Shown: in pieces, positions 1 through 11,024 of the stretch | How the letters are laid out: each line of letters opens with the position of its first letter | Position numbering within the stretch: the first letter of the stretch is position 1 | Source of the DNA: Negaprion brevirostris | Lineage: Eukaryota | Direction: 5' to 3' | Assembly (NCBI GenBank): GCA_030324005.1 | Contig: JARDVH010000025.1 | Span: 45,099,029 to 45,163,028, forward strand | DNA length: 64,000 bases | Position numbers and translations under genes: made by a program | Notes under the pieces: generated by a model | The model's input: the letters and a program-made list of their open reading frames with translations, nothing else | The model's database searches: none | Told to the model about the DNA's origin: nothing

Positions 1-10
1 TGTTAAAATG

Positions 11-76
11 GCGGCGCGGGCTCGTTGGGCCGAAGGGCCTGTTTCCCGGGCTGTTTTTGTTCTTTGTTCTTTGTTC
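11..76 (+). mobile_element. CR1-type LINE 3' tail fragment
   Basis: GGGCCGAAGGGCCTGTT followed by a (TGTTCTT)n tail; similar tails at 27690-27721, 39840-39900 and 46620-46665. Confidence 0.65.
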
Positions 77-519
77 ACAGTGTATTTGGAAAGTACATAA
101 CTTTATCGTTTGTTTTCTGGCACCATAATCTGTGGTGCATCATTAACAGTTTTGGGATTCCAACACTATGGCTGCCATCTGGCCTCCAGTCATTTGGCTG
201 CAATTGAATTGAGATCGACATTTCGAAACAGTTATCAACACTTCAGGGATTCACCCCGAGGTCAGAGCAGTCCTCACTCAGGGTATATTCACACCTTCTC
301 TTTGATTCACTGGCACCATGCTTCAGAATCAATCCACACATCAATCGGCAGACAGGAGCTCATCAATGACTTCAGCAAATCAATCTTTACAGCTGATTCT
401 TGTCCTCCTACCACGGGCAATCTGTCACTTTCAGCATCTGGTTGCTGGCTATGAAGCAATTACTTTCCAATGAGCATCAACATTTCTTATTGCTTTACAC
501 GTGTGAGTAAAACTTTCTC

Positions 520-1075
520 CCAGCATTAACATTCCTGCCTCCGAGTTAGACCCCAGTCCAGGGGAGAACCGCCCTGAGACCCCTCTGCCCATGCCTGCAC
601 CTGCTCCACTGAGCGCAAGCCACTGAGGGCGCTTCTGTCCCAGAGGAAGAGGCCCATTTCGGGGTGGGGTCCCTCAGGGCTCAGAGGACGCACGCCAAGG
701 TGATCACAGATAACAGGATATAGCATGGTGCTTGGGAATCAGGGTACAGACTTCTTCTTGTAGCTGCTAGCCTTTTGCCTCTGGGTTGCTGGTATCCTGC
801 ACAGTCCATCAAAGACAGGTGGACTGGAGAGAGTGACATGACTGTGCTGGATTGGTGTTTAAATATAGTGGCTGGTCCTTCGAACCCAGCAGCTGATGCT
901 GGGCAGATGAATCAGCTCCCGATCCCCCCCCAGGTGATTTGGTGAGATTCTCTCCCCTGCATAACTAATGAAGATTCAAGCACGGAATCAGATGTAGGTT
1001 CAAGCTTTTCCGGCCAGCGGGAACGACACCACTGGAACCCCCGTCACCGTCAATTCCATAAAAAATATGAGAATT
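520..1075. repeat. Probable degenerate interspersed repeat, possibly DNA-transposon derived
   Basis: GC-richer block resembling shark non-autonomous DNA-transposon remnants; no recognisable domain. Confidence 0.25.
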
Positions 1076-1279
1076 GCAACCTTTACTCTAAAATAAAATG
1101 GATTTGAGAGTTCCGGTGACCTTTTCTTTCCTGCAATACCTGAGCTAAACTTTGTGTCTGGATAAGCCTTTACATTGTCATTAAAAATGTGAAAAACGCT
1201 TCCTGTAGTTAACGGCTGCCCTTCTCCAAACAGTTAAATAAAACTAGTTTTACAATATCTTTTCCTTTATTTCTTTAAC

Positions 1280-1473
1280 ACTACAGCACAAACAGGCCCT
1301 TCGGCCCACAAGTTGCCCCAATCATATCCCTACCTACCAGGCCTATCTATAACCCTCAATCCCATTAAATCCCATGCACTCATCCAGAAGTCTCTTAAAA
1401 GACCCCAACGAGTTCGCCTCCACCACCACCGACGGCAGCTGATTCCACTCACCCACCACCCCCTGAGTGAAAA
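1280..1473 (-). mobile_element. CR1-type LINE 3' end
   Basis: Reverse complement of the tail (AACAGGCCCTTCGGCCCA) and of the ORF2 C-terminal FF..RVV..WN motif. Confidence 0.75.
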
Positions 1474-2745
1474 AGATCAGATTTTGGAATACTTGGAAGT
1501 GCGTGGTAAATTAAGATGAAGTCAGTATGGTTTTATCAAGGAGGGATCATGCCTGACAAATCTGTTAGAACTCTTTGAGGACGTAACAAGCAGGTTAGAC
1601 AAAGGAGAGCCATTGGATGTTACCCACTTGGATTTCCAAAAGGCCTTTGATAAAGTGGCACATAGAAGGCTGCTGAGTGAGATAAGCACTCATGATATTA
1701 GAAACAAGTACTAGCATGGATAGAAGATTGACTGACTGGCAGAAGACAGAAAGTGTGGATAAAGGGGTCCTTTACAGGAATGGCAGCCGTTGACTGGTAA
1801 GGTCCAAAACTTTTCACTCTATACATCAGTGATCTAGATGAAAGAACTGAGGGCACCATAACTAATTTTGCAGATTATACACAGATAGGTGGAGGGACAG
1901 ATTGTATTGAGGAGGCCAAGAGGCTGCAGATGGACTTTGACAGGTTAGGAGAGTGGGCAAAGTAGCGGTAGATAGATTACAATGTGGGAACATGTGAGGT
2001 TATGCACTTTGGTAGGAAATATAGAGGCATAGGCTATTTTCTAAATGGGAGAGAATTCATGAATCAGGACTTGGAAGTTCTAGTTCAGCATCATCTTCAG
2101 GTTGACTTACATGTTGGGTTGGTAGTTAGGAAGACAAACACAATATTAGCATTCAATTTGAGAGGATTAGAATTCAAAAGCAGGGATGTAATACTGAAGC
2201 TTTATAAAGCTTTGATCAGATCACATGTGAGCAATTTTGAGCCCTGTATCTATGGGAGGATGTGCTAGCCTTGGAGAGAGTCAAGAGGAGATTCATGAGA
2301 ATGATCCCTGGAATGAAAAGCCTGATGTATGAGAAGCAGCTGAGGACTGTGGGTCTGTTACTCAATGGAATTTAGAAGGATGAGGGGAGATCTCATTGAA
2401 AATACTGAAAGGCCTAAATAGAGTGAATGTGGGGAAGATGTTTCCATCTAGGATCTAAAGACACAGCCTCAGAGTAAAGGGACAACCCTTTAGAACTGAG
2501 ATGAGGAGGAATTTCTTCAGCCAGAGAATGGTGAATCTATGGAACTTATTGTCACAGAAGACTGTGGAAGCCAGATCATTGAGTGTATTTAACACAGAGA
2601 TAGATAGAGTCTTGATTGGTAAGGCGATCAAAGGTAATGGAGAAAAGGCAGGAGAATGGGCTTGAGCCCATTCTAAATCATGATTGAATGGCAGAGCAGA
2701 TTCAGTGGGCTGAAAGGCCTAATTCTGCTCCTATTCTTATGATAG
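1474..2745 (+). mobile_element. CR1/HER1-type LINE, 5'-truncated, decayed RT and 3' UTR
   Basis: Translates to QYGF..GSCLTNLLE, LDFQKAFDKV, CEVMHFGRK, LKLYKALIR and RNFFSQR.VNLWN, with frameshifts; ends in a GGGCTGAAAGGCCTAATTCTGCTCCTA tail. Confidence 0.9.
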
Positions 2746-4449
2746 AATTTTTTGATAGCACCCCTGGGGTGCACTAAACAAGAGATAATTGTGTCTGAGT
2801 GTTTTTAAATGGATACTATTTGTAATGCTTTGAGTTCATTTATTTCTGCCTCATCTTCGAATGTAATCAGATGAACAATATTTCGTATGAAATTGTTGGT
2901 GCATAGAGAGATCAGTCTAATTTTGTTGCAATGTTAACTTTTTTTTGGGATGGTTTTGTTTTCCCAATTGTCTATACTGTTTTTGGATTGATAATTTGGA
3001 AATGGACATGCCTTCCATAGATAGAGGTTCAGTGTGCACTCTCAACCTTGTTGCAAGTTTAAATTTGCTCTTTTAAAGGTCTTGAATCCCCATTATGCTG
3101 GAGACTTATCCTATCTTGCATATTATCATAAAAGTCAAATGAAGTATATTGCACCAAGTCTGTATATCTATTTTCCTCTGTGGAACAGCTTTGATATTCA
3201 TCCTTCAATGTTTCTATAAGTGAAGTCATTTGCTAGAAGCTGACTCAATCTAATCCTTCACTTCCCTATGTATCAAATATTTTCTGAAAATTATGACATT
3301 TTTGCACAAAATTGGCAGATCTAATATTTTCTTTCTATACCACAAACAGTCCATTGAGTTTCTATGCAGAGTTTGAGGCTGCAGTTGTTCTGCATGGATT
3401 GATTGAGGAAGATGAGTTTATTTTACAGTTGTCTTATTTTATTTTTATGGACAGGATAAGCTTGTTTCTATTTATGTTTGATGAATGAGGAGCTATTTGC
3501 CACATCATTAACCCTCAAGGGTCTGTGAAAGAGGCAACTGAAAATTGTACTTACCATTGTACCTCCCTCACATCTTTATTGGAGGCCCATGATTACAGTT
3601 CAAGGTTTGAGATAGTGCAGCAGATTTTGTACCTACTTGAATATATTGTGGATTTGTTCCATAGTCATCACATTGGGCTTCACACTACAGGAGATTAAGT
3701 TCACTACAGTTGTCTTTATCAACTGAATTGTGTATTTGTTCTCCCTGCATTATTTCCATTAGGTTTCATAACAGGATATTTGTTATTGCTTTCCTGTTCT
3801 TTGGAAGTTAATGGTTATCTCACCTTTTTCAGTATGAAAGGAGGAGTTATTAAATTTGGTTCAAATGGGAAGAATAATATGTTCTTTCCATGTACCTTAT
3901 TTGCTGAAAGTCTCTCTTTTTAATGTATTTTACACGGAAACAGAATAGGTTGGGCTAGTCCTATTGTTCATAGATGATCCCTGGGTCTATTCTGTAGCTA
4001 TTCTTGGTGACATGACTTTATCTTTCTTCCTCTATGTAGTGGCGAGGGAAGATCTGCCAAGAGCATTACACTGCGCTTTTTTGTGCTGTCTCTTCTCCTG
4101 CCCTCCTCCCCAACTATAGCCATTTGCCCATTTTCCTCAGACTTCCATTCTCCTGCCAATGTAGTATCTAAATTGTTCCAATTACTTGACCACTTTTATC
4201 AGACTAGTCCTTTTGATTACTGAAGGTCCATCTAAAGAACTTTCCAAATGTAAATTTCCTGACCTAATGTGTAGGTGCAAAGCAATTGATCAAGATCAAG
4301 CCTGAATAGACCTCCCATGTTTCTTCCAAGCTCTCTTGTTGCAATCATATCTCTTGTCAATGTTTGTATGATCAAGCAACTTTGATATTAATGCACTTAA
4401 TTTTCACTCAGACATTTGATTGTTACCAATCAAGGTTCTTATTTTTAAA

Positions 4450-4975
4450 GGATTTATTCTTGGCAAGTGTGCATCACTCATAAGGCTGGTATTTAATACC
4501 AATCCCTAGTTATCATGAGATACGATGGTGGCCGATCTTCTTTAATCATTGTAGTCTGTATGCTAAATGCTGCCGCAAAACTGCTCCAGGATTTTGATCC
4601 AGCTACTATGAAGGAATGTTAATATCTATTCAAGGTATAATAATGTCAGACTTGATTAGGGATTTGAGATGATAGTATTTACAAAAAAGCTGCTGCCATT
4701 GTACTCTAGATGATAGAGGTTGTGTTAGACAGGTGGTCTTAGTGAGTTGCTGCAGTGAATCCTGCAGATAATTAACAAGTGCAGTATGATATGCTATTAG
4801 TTCATGTTTAGGTTGGTGAATGGAATACTTATCAACTGGTCTTCTTTATCTATCCTGGATGATGTGAAGTTCTTTGCAATCTTGGCAAGTAAAGAATATT
4901 CCATCATTCTTTTGATTGCTGCCTTGCGGATGGAGGATAGACTTTAAGGGGTCAGGAAATGAATGATGTGTTATT
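4450..4975 (-). mobile_element. Old, diverged 3' part of a second LINE family (CR1/L2 group)
   Basis: Shares motifs with 30533-31880 (CCAGGATTTTGAtCCAG, GCTGCCaTTGTaCTcTAGATG, TTGCTGCAGTG, TCCTGGATG). Confidence 0.65.
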
Positions 4976-5090
4976 TTGTTGTTAGCTCCATGAGGCCCAC
5001 ATTTTAAAAAAGTTCTAGCTTGTTTTATTTGTGTTTTAATTTTTCCATTAAGGTGGGGTGAATCAAATATGGTGACTGTCTTGCACAACC

Positions 5091-5188
5091 AAAACAGAAA
5101 ATGCTGGAAAATCTCTGCAGTTCTGACAGCATCTGTGGGGAGAGAATAGAACCAATGTTTCGAGTTTAGATGACTCTTCGTCAAAGCT
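5091..5188 (-). mobile_element. Penelope-derived short repeat with hammerhead-like core
   Basis: Minus strand reads TTGACGA-A-GAGT-catctaa-ACTC-GAAAC...CACAGATGCTG...TCCAGCATTTTCTGTTTT; related copies at 21937, 56985 and 61360. Confidence 0.7.
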
Positions 5189-6924
5189 GTCTCTCTTCTG
5201 GTTTAAGCAGACTGGTGGGCTATGGTCTGTGAAATTAAATTCCCAGTGGAAGGTAACGCGCTCCTCCAAACAAAAAGAAATGTGTCTCTTATTCAGATAT
5301 TGTGTGAGTGCGGTCCAAGCGGAGAGGCCTCTTACAATGACTTGAATCTGTAGAGAGATGAAGACCAGCATTCCCTACTACATGCCGTGTGTACCTAATT
5401 TAAAGGCACGGGGTCCCTCCTCTACTAATACATTAAGCTGCCACTGTGGGAGCAGCGAGAATGACTGACTGTCTGATTAGTTCGCATTTGGCATATTCCA
5501 CTTCGCAAGTCAGAACTATAAGAACTAAGAATGAAACGGAATCATGACTTCAGCAGAAATTAATCCTTGACTTATTTCCCTTTATATTGCAATCAATTCT
5601 ACTTCCGTCCTTTTGTTTGGTTCGGTTTTCAAAATATACTTAAATATAATGCAAATATATAGACAGTGAAACAGCTAGCTAGCAAAAATTGAATTGCTGT
5701 AGTAATCGGTAATCAAGTCCCAAATTGTTGGTTTTAAGAAATATACCGGTCGTGTGCAACACTTCATATCAGGCGCAGCCTCACAGTGCATGTTGTAACA
5801 TGGACATCTACTAAATCTGGAGAGTGTCTCTACATAATATTACCTTGGACACGCTGGTTTCCTGTCTATCAGTAGAACCTGTAAATAAATTATGGACATT
5901 AACTGGGTGTACTGTTTTACCTGACAGGTAAGCAACGAAAGCCACACTTCTCCCCAAGGCCAATCGATTACATTCGGATGAGTTTGCTTAAAGTTTTAGC
6001 TTAGCGACGAGCTTCTTAGCGATGTATAAAATAGGACTTTTGTTGCAAAAATACTGCTTCCTAATTATTCAACTGAAGATTGAATGGTTTAAATGTAGCG
6101 TCGAAACTGATTTGCAGTTTTGTCACGGTCTTTTTTATGCACATGACCTATATGATAGTGGTCTATTCGCATCTCCACTTGTTGCTTTAGTTCCATATAC
6201 AGGGAAATATCATAGCGTGAATTGCTCCCAATAAAATCAGGATCACAAACTGCAACAAATATCAGTTTTAAGTCTGTGTGCTTGTGTCTGTTAGGTTCAG
6301 TAATGTAGTCCATTATCCCTCAATCAAGTTGTTAATGGTAGAGTATTAATGTTCTGATATGCATTCGTGTTTTGTTTTTATTTTCCTGATTGGAAATTCT
6401 AGGAGTGTAGCATCTATTTTACCTGAAATATTTACTATATAGAATTTGAAAAGATTGAATTGAAATATACTGAGGAGGCACTAACTTTTACGAATTGAAA
6501 TATTGTCTCTTGTTTCTGTATAAGTATTGATCTTACAATTTTCTTTTTTTTCCCCCAAACGATGTAAACAGCAGATTTGGGATAAATTAATTTTATAAAT
6601 CAAAACAATTATTACAGTTTGAGATCATCTGTTCGGATTTGTAGTTGGTAATTACCAAGTTAATGGCCGGAATCAGTGATTCAATATTGGCGGGAACGTC
6701 GACGCATGAAATTGCATTAATCGGTATGAACCACCTGTATACCTGCCGATTCTACGATTCAAAAACTACCTGAAAACTCACTCCCGGCATTTAATATTTC
6801 CAACAGACACAATCTAATTGTGCTAAGTGTCAAAACTCTCAGTTTGACTTTATATTATGCAAGCTCAAGTGTTATGTTAACATTCGAGTCTATTGGCATC
6901 TGTTATTGGGTGACATGTTCTTTA

Positions 6925-6998
6925 CATAAGAACATAAGAAATAGGAGCAGGAGTAGGGCCATCCAGCCCTTCGAGCCTGCCCCGCCATTCAATAAGAT
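6925..6998 (-). mobile_element. CR1-type LINE 3' tail
   Basis: CATAAGAACATAAGAAATAGGAGCAGGAGTAGG..CAGCCCTTCGAGCCTGC is the reverse complement of the tail at 2690-2742. Confidence 0.8.
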
Positions 6999-9437
6999 TG
7001 AAGACAAATTTAGGGAATAGTTTCCTTGCACTTATCGCCGATTTTACATAAAACAGTTTACCAGGAATACACTTCCTTTTCAGCTTCAGCGCAGGATTTT
7101 GCTGTCAACGTGACTTATTTCATATAATTTCTTATTGACGATAAACCCTGAACTTTGCAATCGCGCAGATCAAAGTTTTCCGCATCATGAACTTATACTT
7201 CTGCAAAGATAATGTGATTAAGAATTTTAAAATTCGAAAATTGGAAGGCTTGTTTAATTCGGTGCGTATGGTGCTGGCAGGCGCATCATTGAGAAACTGT
7301 GTCCTTGGATTTTTTAAGAATTAGATGTATCTGTCAACATTTGCGTTCCTTTGGTCTGTTTCATTTTTGTAACATTGATTGTCTTGGTCCCATCCTTTTA
7401 TTTTGCATTGTTTTAAGCAACCCGAATAGAAATTAAGGATGACATTACATATACAGTGTGGTGTCCTTGTCCCATCCGCCTGCACTTTGTGTATTTTGCT
7501 GGCATTTCAGACTTGGGCTTTCTTTGATGTTTAATGCAGGGGAAAATATACAAAATCGGGATGATCGAAGCGGACAGGTCACTGGGGCCACGTTCTCAGT
7601 ACTTAGAGGAATGCTAGACTGGTATTTACTTAGCATCTTAAGCGACCTCAGGACGTCCCAAAACATCCTGCAACCCCAATGAAGTACATTTCAGGAGAAG
7701 TCGTGGTTACGTGCCGATACGGATATAATTTCTATAGTTTGTGTCTTGTGTATTTTGAGGAGTGAATTTTCTTTACACCTGACTTCAAGGCATTCGTCTT
7801 TTGGTGTGCAGTTGGGAAATATTGACACCGTCCCAGTTTATTAATGATGGTGTTCAAGTGGATGCAAAAGTGTGTATCAGGATGTATTTTCCAAACTTCC
7901 TGCAGTCACAATATTTACCTAAACAGGCGCTGACTCTAATGGGATATTCTGGTGACCCGTGCTATCGCGGTGAAGTTCTGCTTCTTTGTCGTGGGCTCCG
8001 TTTCGCTTCAATGTGCTCACAAATACGTAAGGAGTTACAAGACTGTTTGACTCCAGATTACTGATTCTAAAATAAATGAATAGAGTATCTTCAGAGTTCT
8101 TCTTGTCGTTTAATTGTATACAATTTAAATCAATCGCTACATTAGGTTCCGCTACATATATTACAAAACTCAATCCCCCAGACAGATGTTCTTCCGATTT
8201 ACGCGCCCAATAATTTGCCACTCTGATGTTTGGTAACTGCGTTTTCTAATTATCCGGGAAAGGCGCTGCGGGAAATGTTTATCCCTTTAAGGGTAGCACG
8301 GAGAAACTTATTTATTATCGAATTTCGTAAATGACACGCACTTATAAATAACTAGAAATATTGTAGCGAGCAAAAGTCAAGCATTTGCAATATACATAAC
8401 ATAATCCCTAAGGTGGGAGCGTTTTGTAAGTTTGCATTCTGTGTGAAAGTGAGATCGGACGTTTGTTCATTCACAATGTTTCTCTGCTGCTTGTATACGC
8501 CAACTTGATCCACTAGTTCAGCAGCTCGGAACAGATTCATTTTCCTGTTGACACCGTAGGTTTTAGCAGCACGCCCGATATTACCATTTCTCATTTACCA
8601 ACCTATACTGAGGCATTGGAATGTTGATAGACGAGCGTGAGTTAGGCTTTACGCAATAAGAAAATCTGATAGAATATACATTAATCTTCATGCATCGAAT
8701 TAAGATCTCATGTATTTGGTGCGAACCCTGATCGAAAACGTACATAATTTTCCTCATTCCGCTACCGTCTGGACATTTTATACCCACGCATACATTGCAG
8801 CGTTAAATTGTTACCCTTTACAAAGCGGCTGCAACTTCGAACCGAGTTCACCAGCCTGTCCCATGGTGCAATGCCCCATCCAGATGTTTTCTGAACCGCG
8901 GGGCGACCTCCCAGGATCTGCTCTGCTTTGGGCGAAAGTTTCAACTCCTGCGAACTTGATTCAAGTGATCAGTTGAAATTGTTCTGCTTTGTGTGGCCAC
9001 ATGTACGCGTGCATAACAATGAACATTTAAAGGGACCACGACTGGGACGTTTTCTAAAGGTCACGCTTAGCCCTGGAATGGTTGGGGGGAGTGTTAAACC
9101 CAAACGTGAGACAATTATTTGTGTTGGAAAGTATTACATTTTACAGTAAACGTCATGTTTGTGTGCTGCTGCCAAGTAGGACTAATCCTATGCCACGTCA
9201 ATGAAATCAATGCAATATTCATTAACATGCACAGTTCTACTCCACCGGAACTAAGAGGTATTGACCACAGTACAACAACATTTTGTTTGATTAATCGTAA
9301 AACATTGCGGGATGGTGCACGGACAACTGACACTCACCTTAAATTAACTCGTATGCAAATTTGCCTGTGGAGTGCCTCACACACGAACCGACTGCCAGCT
9401 TCCTTTCACGGGTTGGTCAATGATCCAAAGGTAAATG

Positions 9438-9610
9438 GTCCAAAGATGTGCGGGTTTGGTGGATTGGCCATGCTAAAGTACCCCTTAGTGTCGGGGAAAC
9501 TAGCACGGTAAATACATGGGGTTACGGAGGTAGGGTCTGGGTGGGATTGCCGCCGGTGTAGGCTCGATGGGCCGAATGGTCTCCTTCTGCACTGCAGGGA
9601 TTCTATGATT
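9438..9610 (+). mobile_element. HE1-type V-SINE, 3' half
   Basis: TCCAAAGATGTGCGGGTT..GGATTGGCCATGCTAAA...GATGGGCCGAATGG..TCCTTCTGCACTG..GGATTCTATGA; aligns to 26207-26580. Confidence 0.85.
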
Positions 9611-10779
9611 GATCAAGGAACATACAGCCCGATTGTAACAAGCTGCCAATGATTTGGTGACCTTCAGTATGTTGCCGTCTGCACAAACAAAACTTTCGTT
9701 TACCACCAACTTTTCACACGGTTGGGGTTTCATATTGCATTTTTCGTTGCAAGATCCTTAATGATGTCGCAGCGTAAAAATGTCATAAAAGCAGTAATTT
9801 CAGGCAGGTTGTTATAGCTGTAAACAGAACGTGAAGGTTTCGAAAGCCTTTGGAAACGGCTGTGGCCCATTCTAACCGATAGGGCGCGCCGTTGTATCGC
9901 GTTCAGTCAGTCTGGAGTGGAAGACAGCTCACACAGGCACACAAACACACTAACTTTCAAAACACTTCATATTTTATGTGAACGTTAAGAGGTTTGGAAC
10001 TGCTGTTGAATGTGTCGGTGCTGGAAGATATTCAAATCAGGTATCCTTTAAAGACAAATGTCTCCATTGAAGCCATAGATAAACTGTATCTAACAACTGA
10101 CAAAATATCCTATCTACACCAGCTTAGCATGCACTTGCCTGAATGTTTTCAGCGAGTTGCCAGTATTGTTAGTAAACATTCAACAATGTGGCTGACAGCA
10201 GTGCTGCTCCAGTAGACTTTTTTTTGCTGATGGCGTACAAACTGCAGGAACATCAAAACTATATTCATTTCTTCGAATGAGCTGCATTAGATTTCCTGAA
10301 CTAACTGCAATATGCAGAATTCGTCTGGTTCTGTTGGGTTACAAGGCTGCGCCCAGAGACCAAACAGAACACCTTTCAAGGACACGTTGGAATTTATTTC
10401 TTAAGCTGGTTCTGAGCAACAAAAAGACCTTTTACGGGGATGCCAGCGATTCTACAGTATTTTTATAATTTGACGTAAGCTGGAGCATTACATATTTGGA
10501 TAAAAAAAAGCTTCATATATTTGTTTTACTTCCCAGCAGTGTTTACTCAGGCTGGTCGATGTAAACACTGAATTATTGGTGACCCAAAATACAACGAATT
10601 AATTCTAGTAACGATGAAAATACCCACATTTCTCAGTAGTTTAAACTTACTCTGATCTGTTTCCCCTCAAAGTTATCTCGCATTTTCAATTAAATAAATT
10701 GATTAAAAAGAAAAAAAAACTTTATAAGTTGCTGGCACCGTTCTCGGCATTTAGGTCATAATTCGCTTTGGCAAAAAAG

Positions 10780-11024
10780 CACCTGCAAGCTCCCCTCAAA
10801 GCCACTCGCCATCCTGACTTGGAAATACATCGCCGTTCCTTCGCAGTCACTGGGTCAAAATCGCGGAATTCTCTCCCTAACAACATTATGGGTCAATCCA
10901 CAGAACATGGACTGCAGCGATCCAAGAAGGCAGCTCACCACGACCTCCTCAAGGGCAGTTAGGGATGGAAAACAAATGCTGGCCAACTAGCAACACCCAT
11001 GTCCCACAAATGAATAAAAAAAAA
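10780..11024 (+). mobile_element. 3' end of the second LINE family (CR1/L2 group) with A tail
   Basis: CATCCTGACTTGGAAATA..GCCGTTCCTTCGCAGTCACTGGGTCAAAATC is the reverse complement of 30590-30640; ends AGGGATGG..AAATGCTGGCC..ATGAATAAAAAA. Confidence 0.8.
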
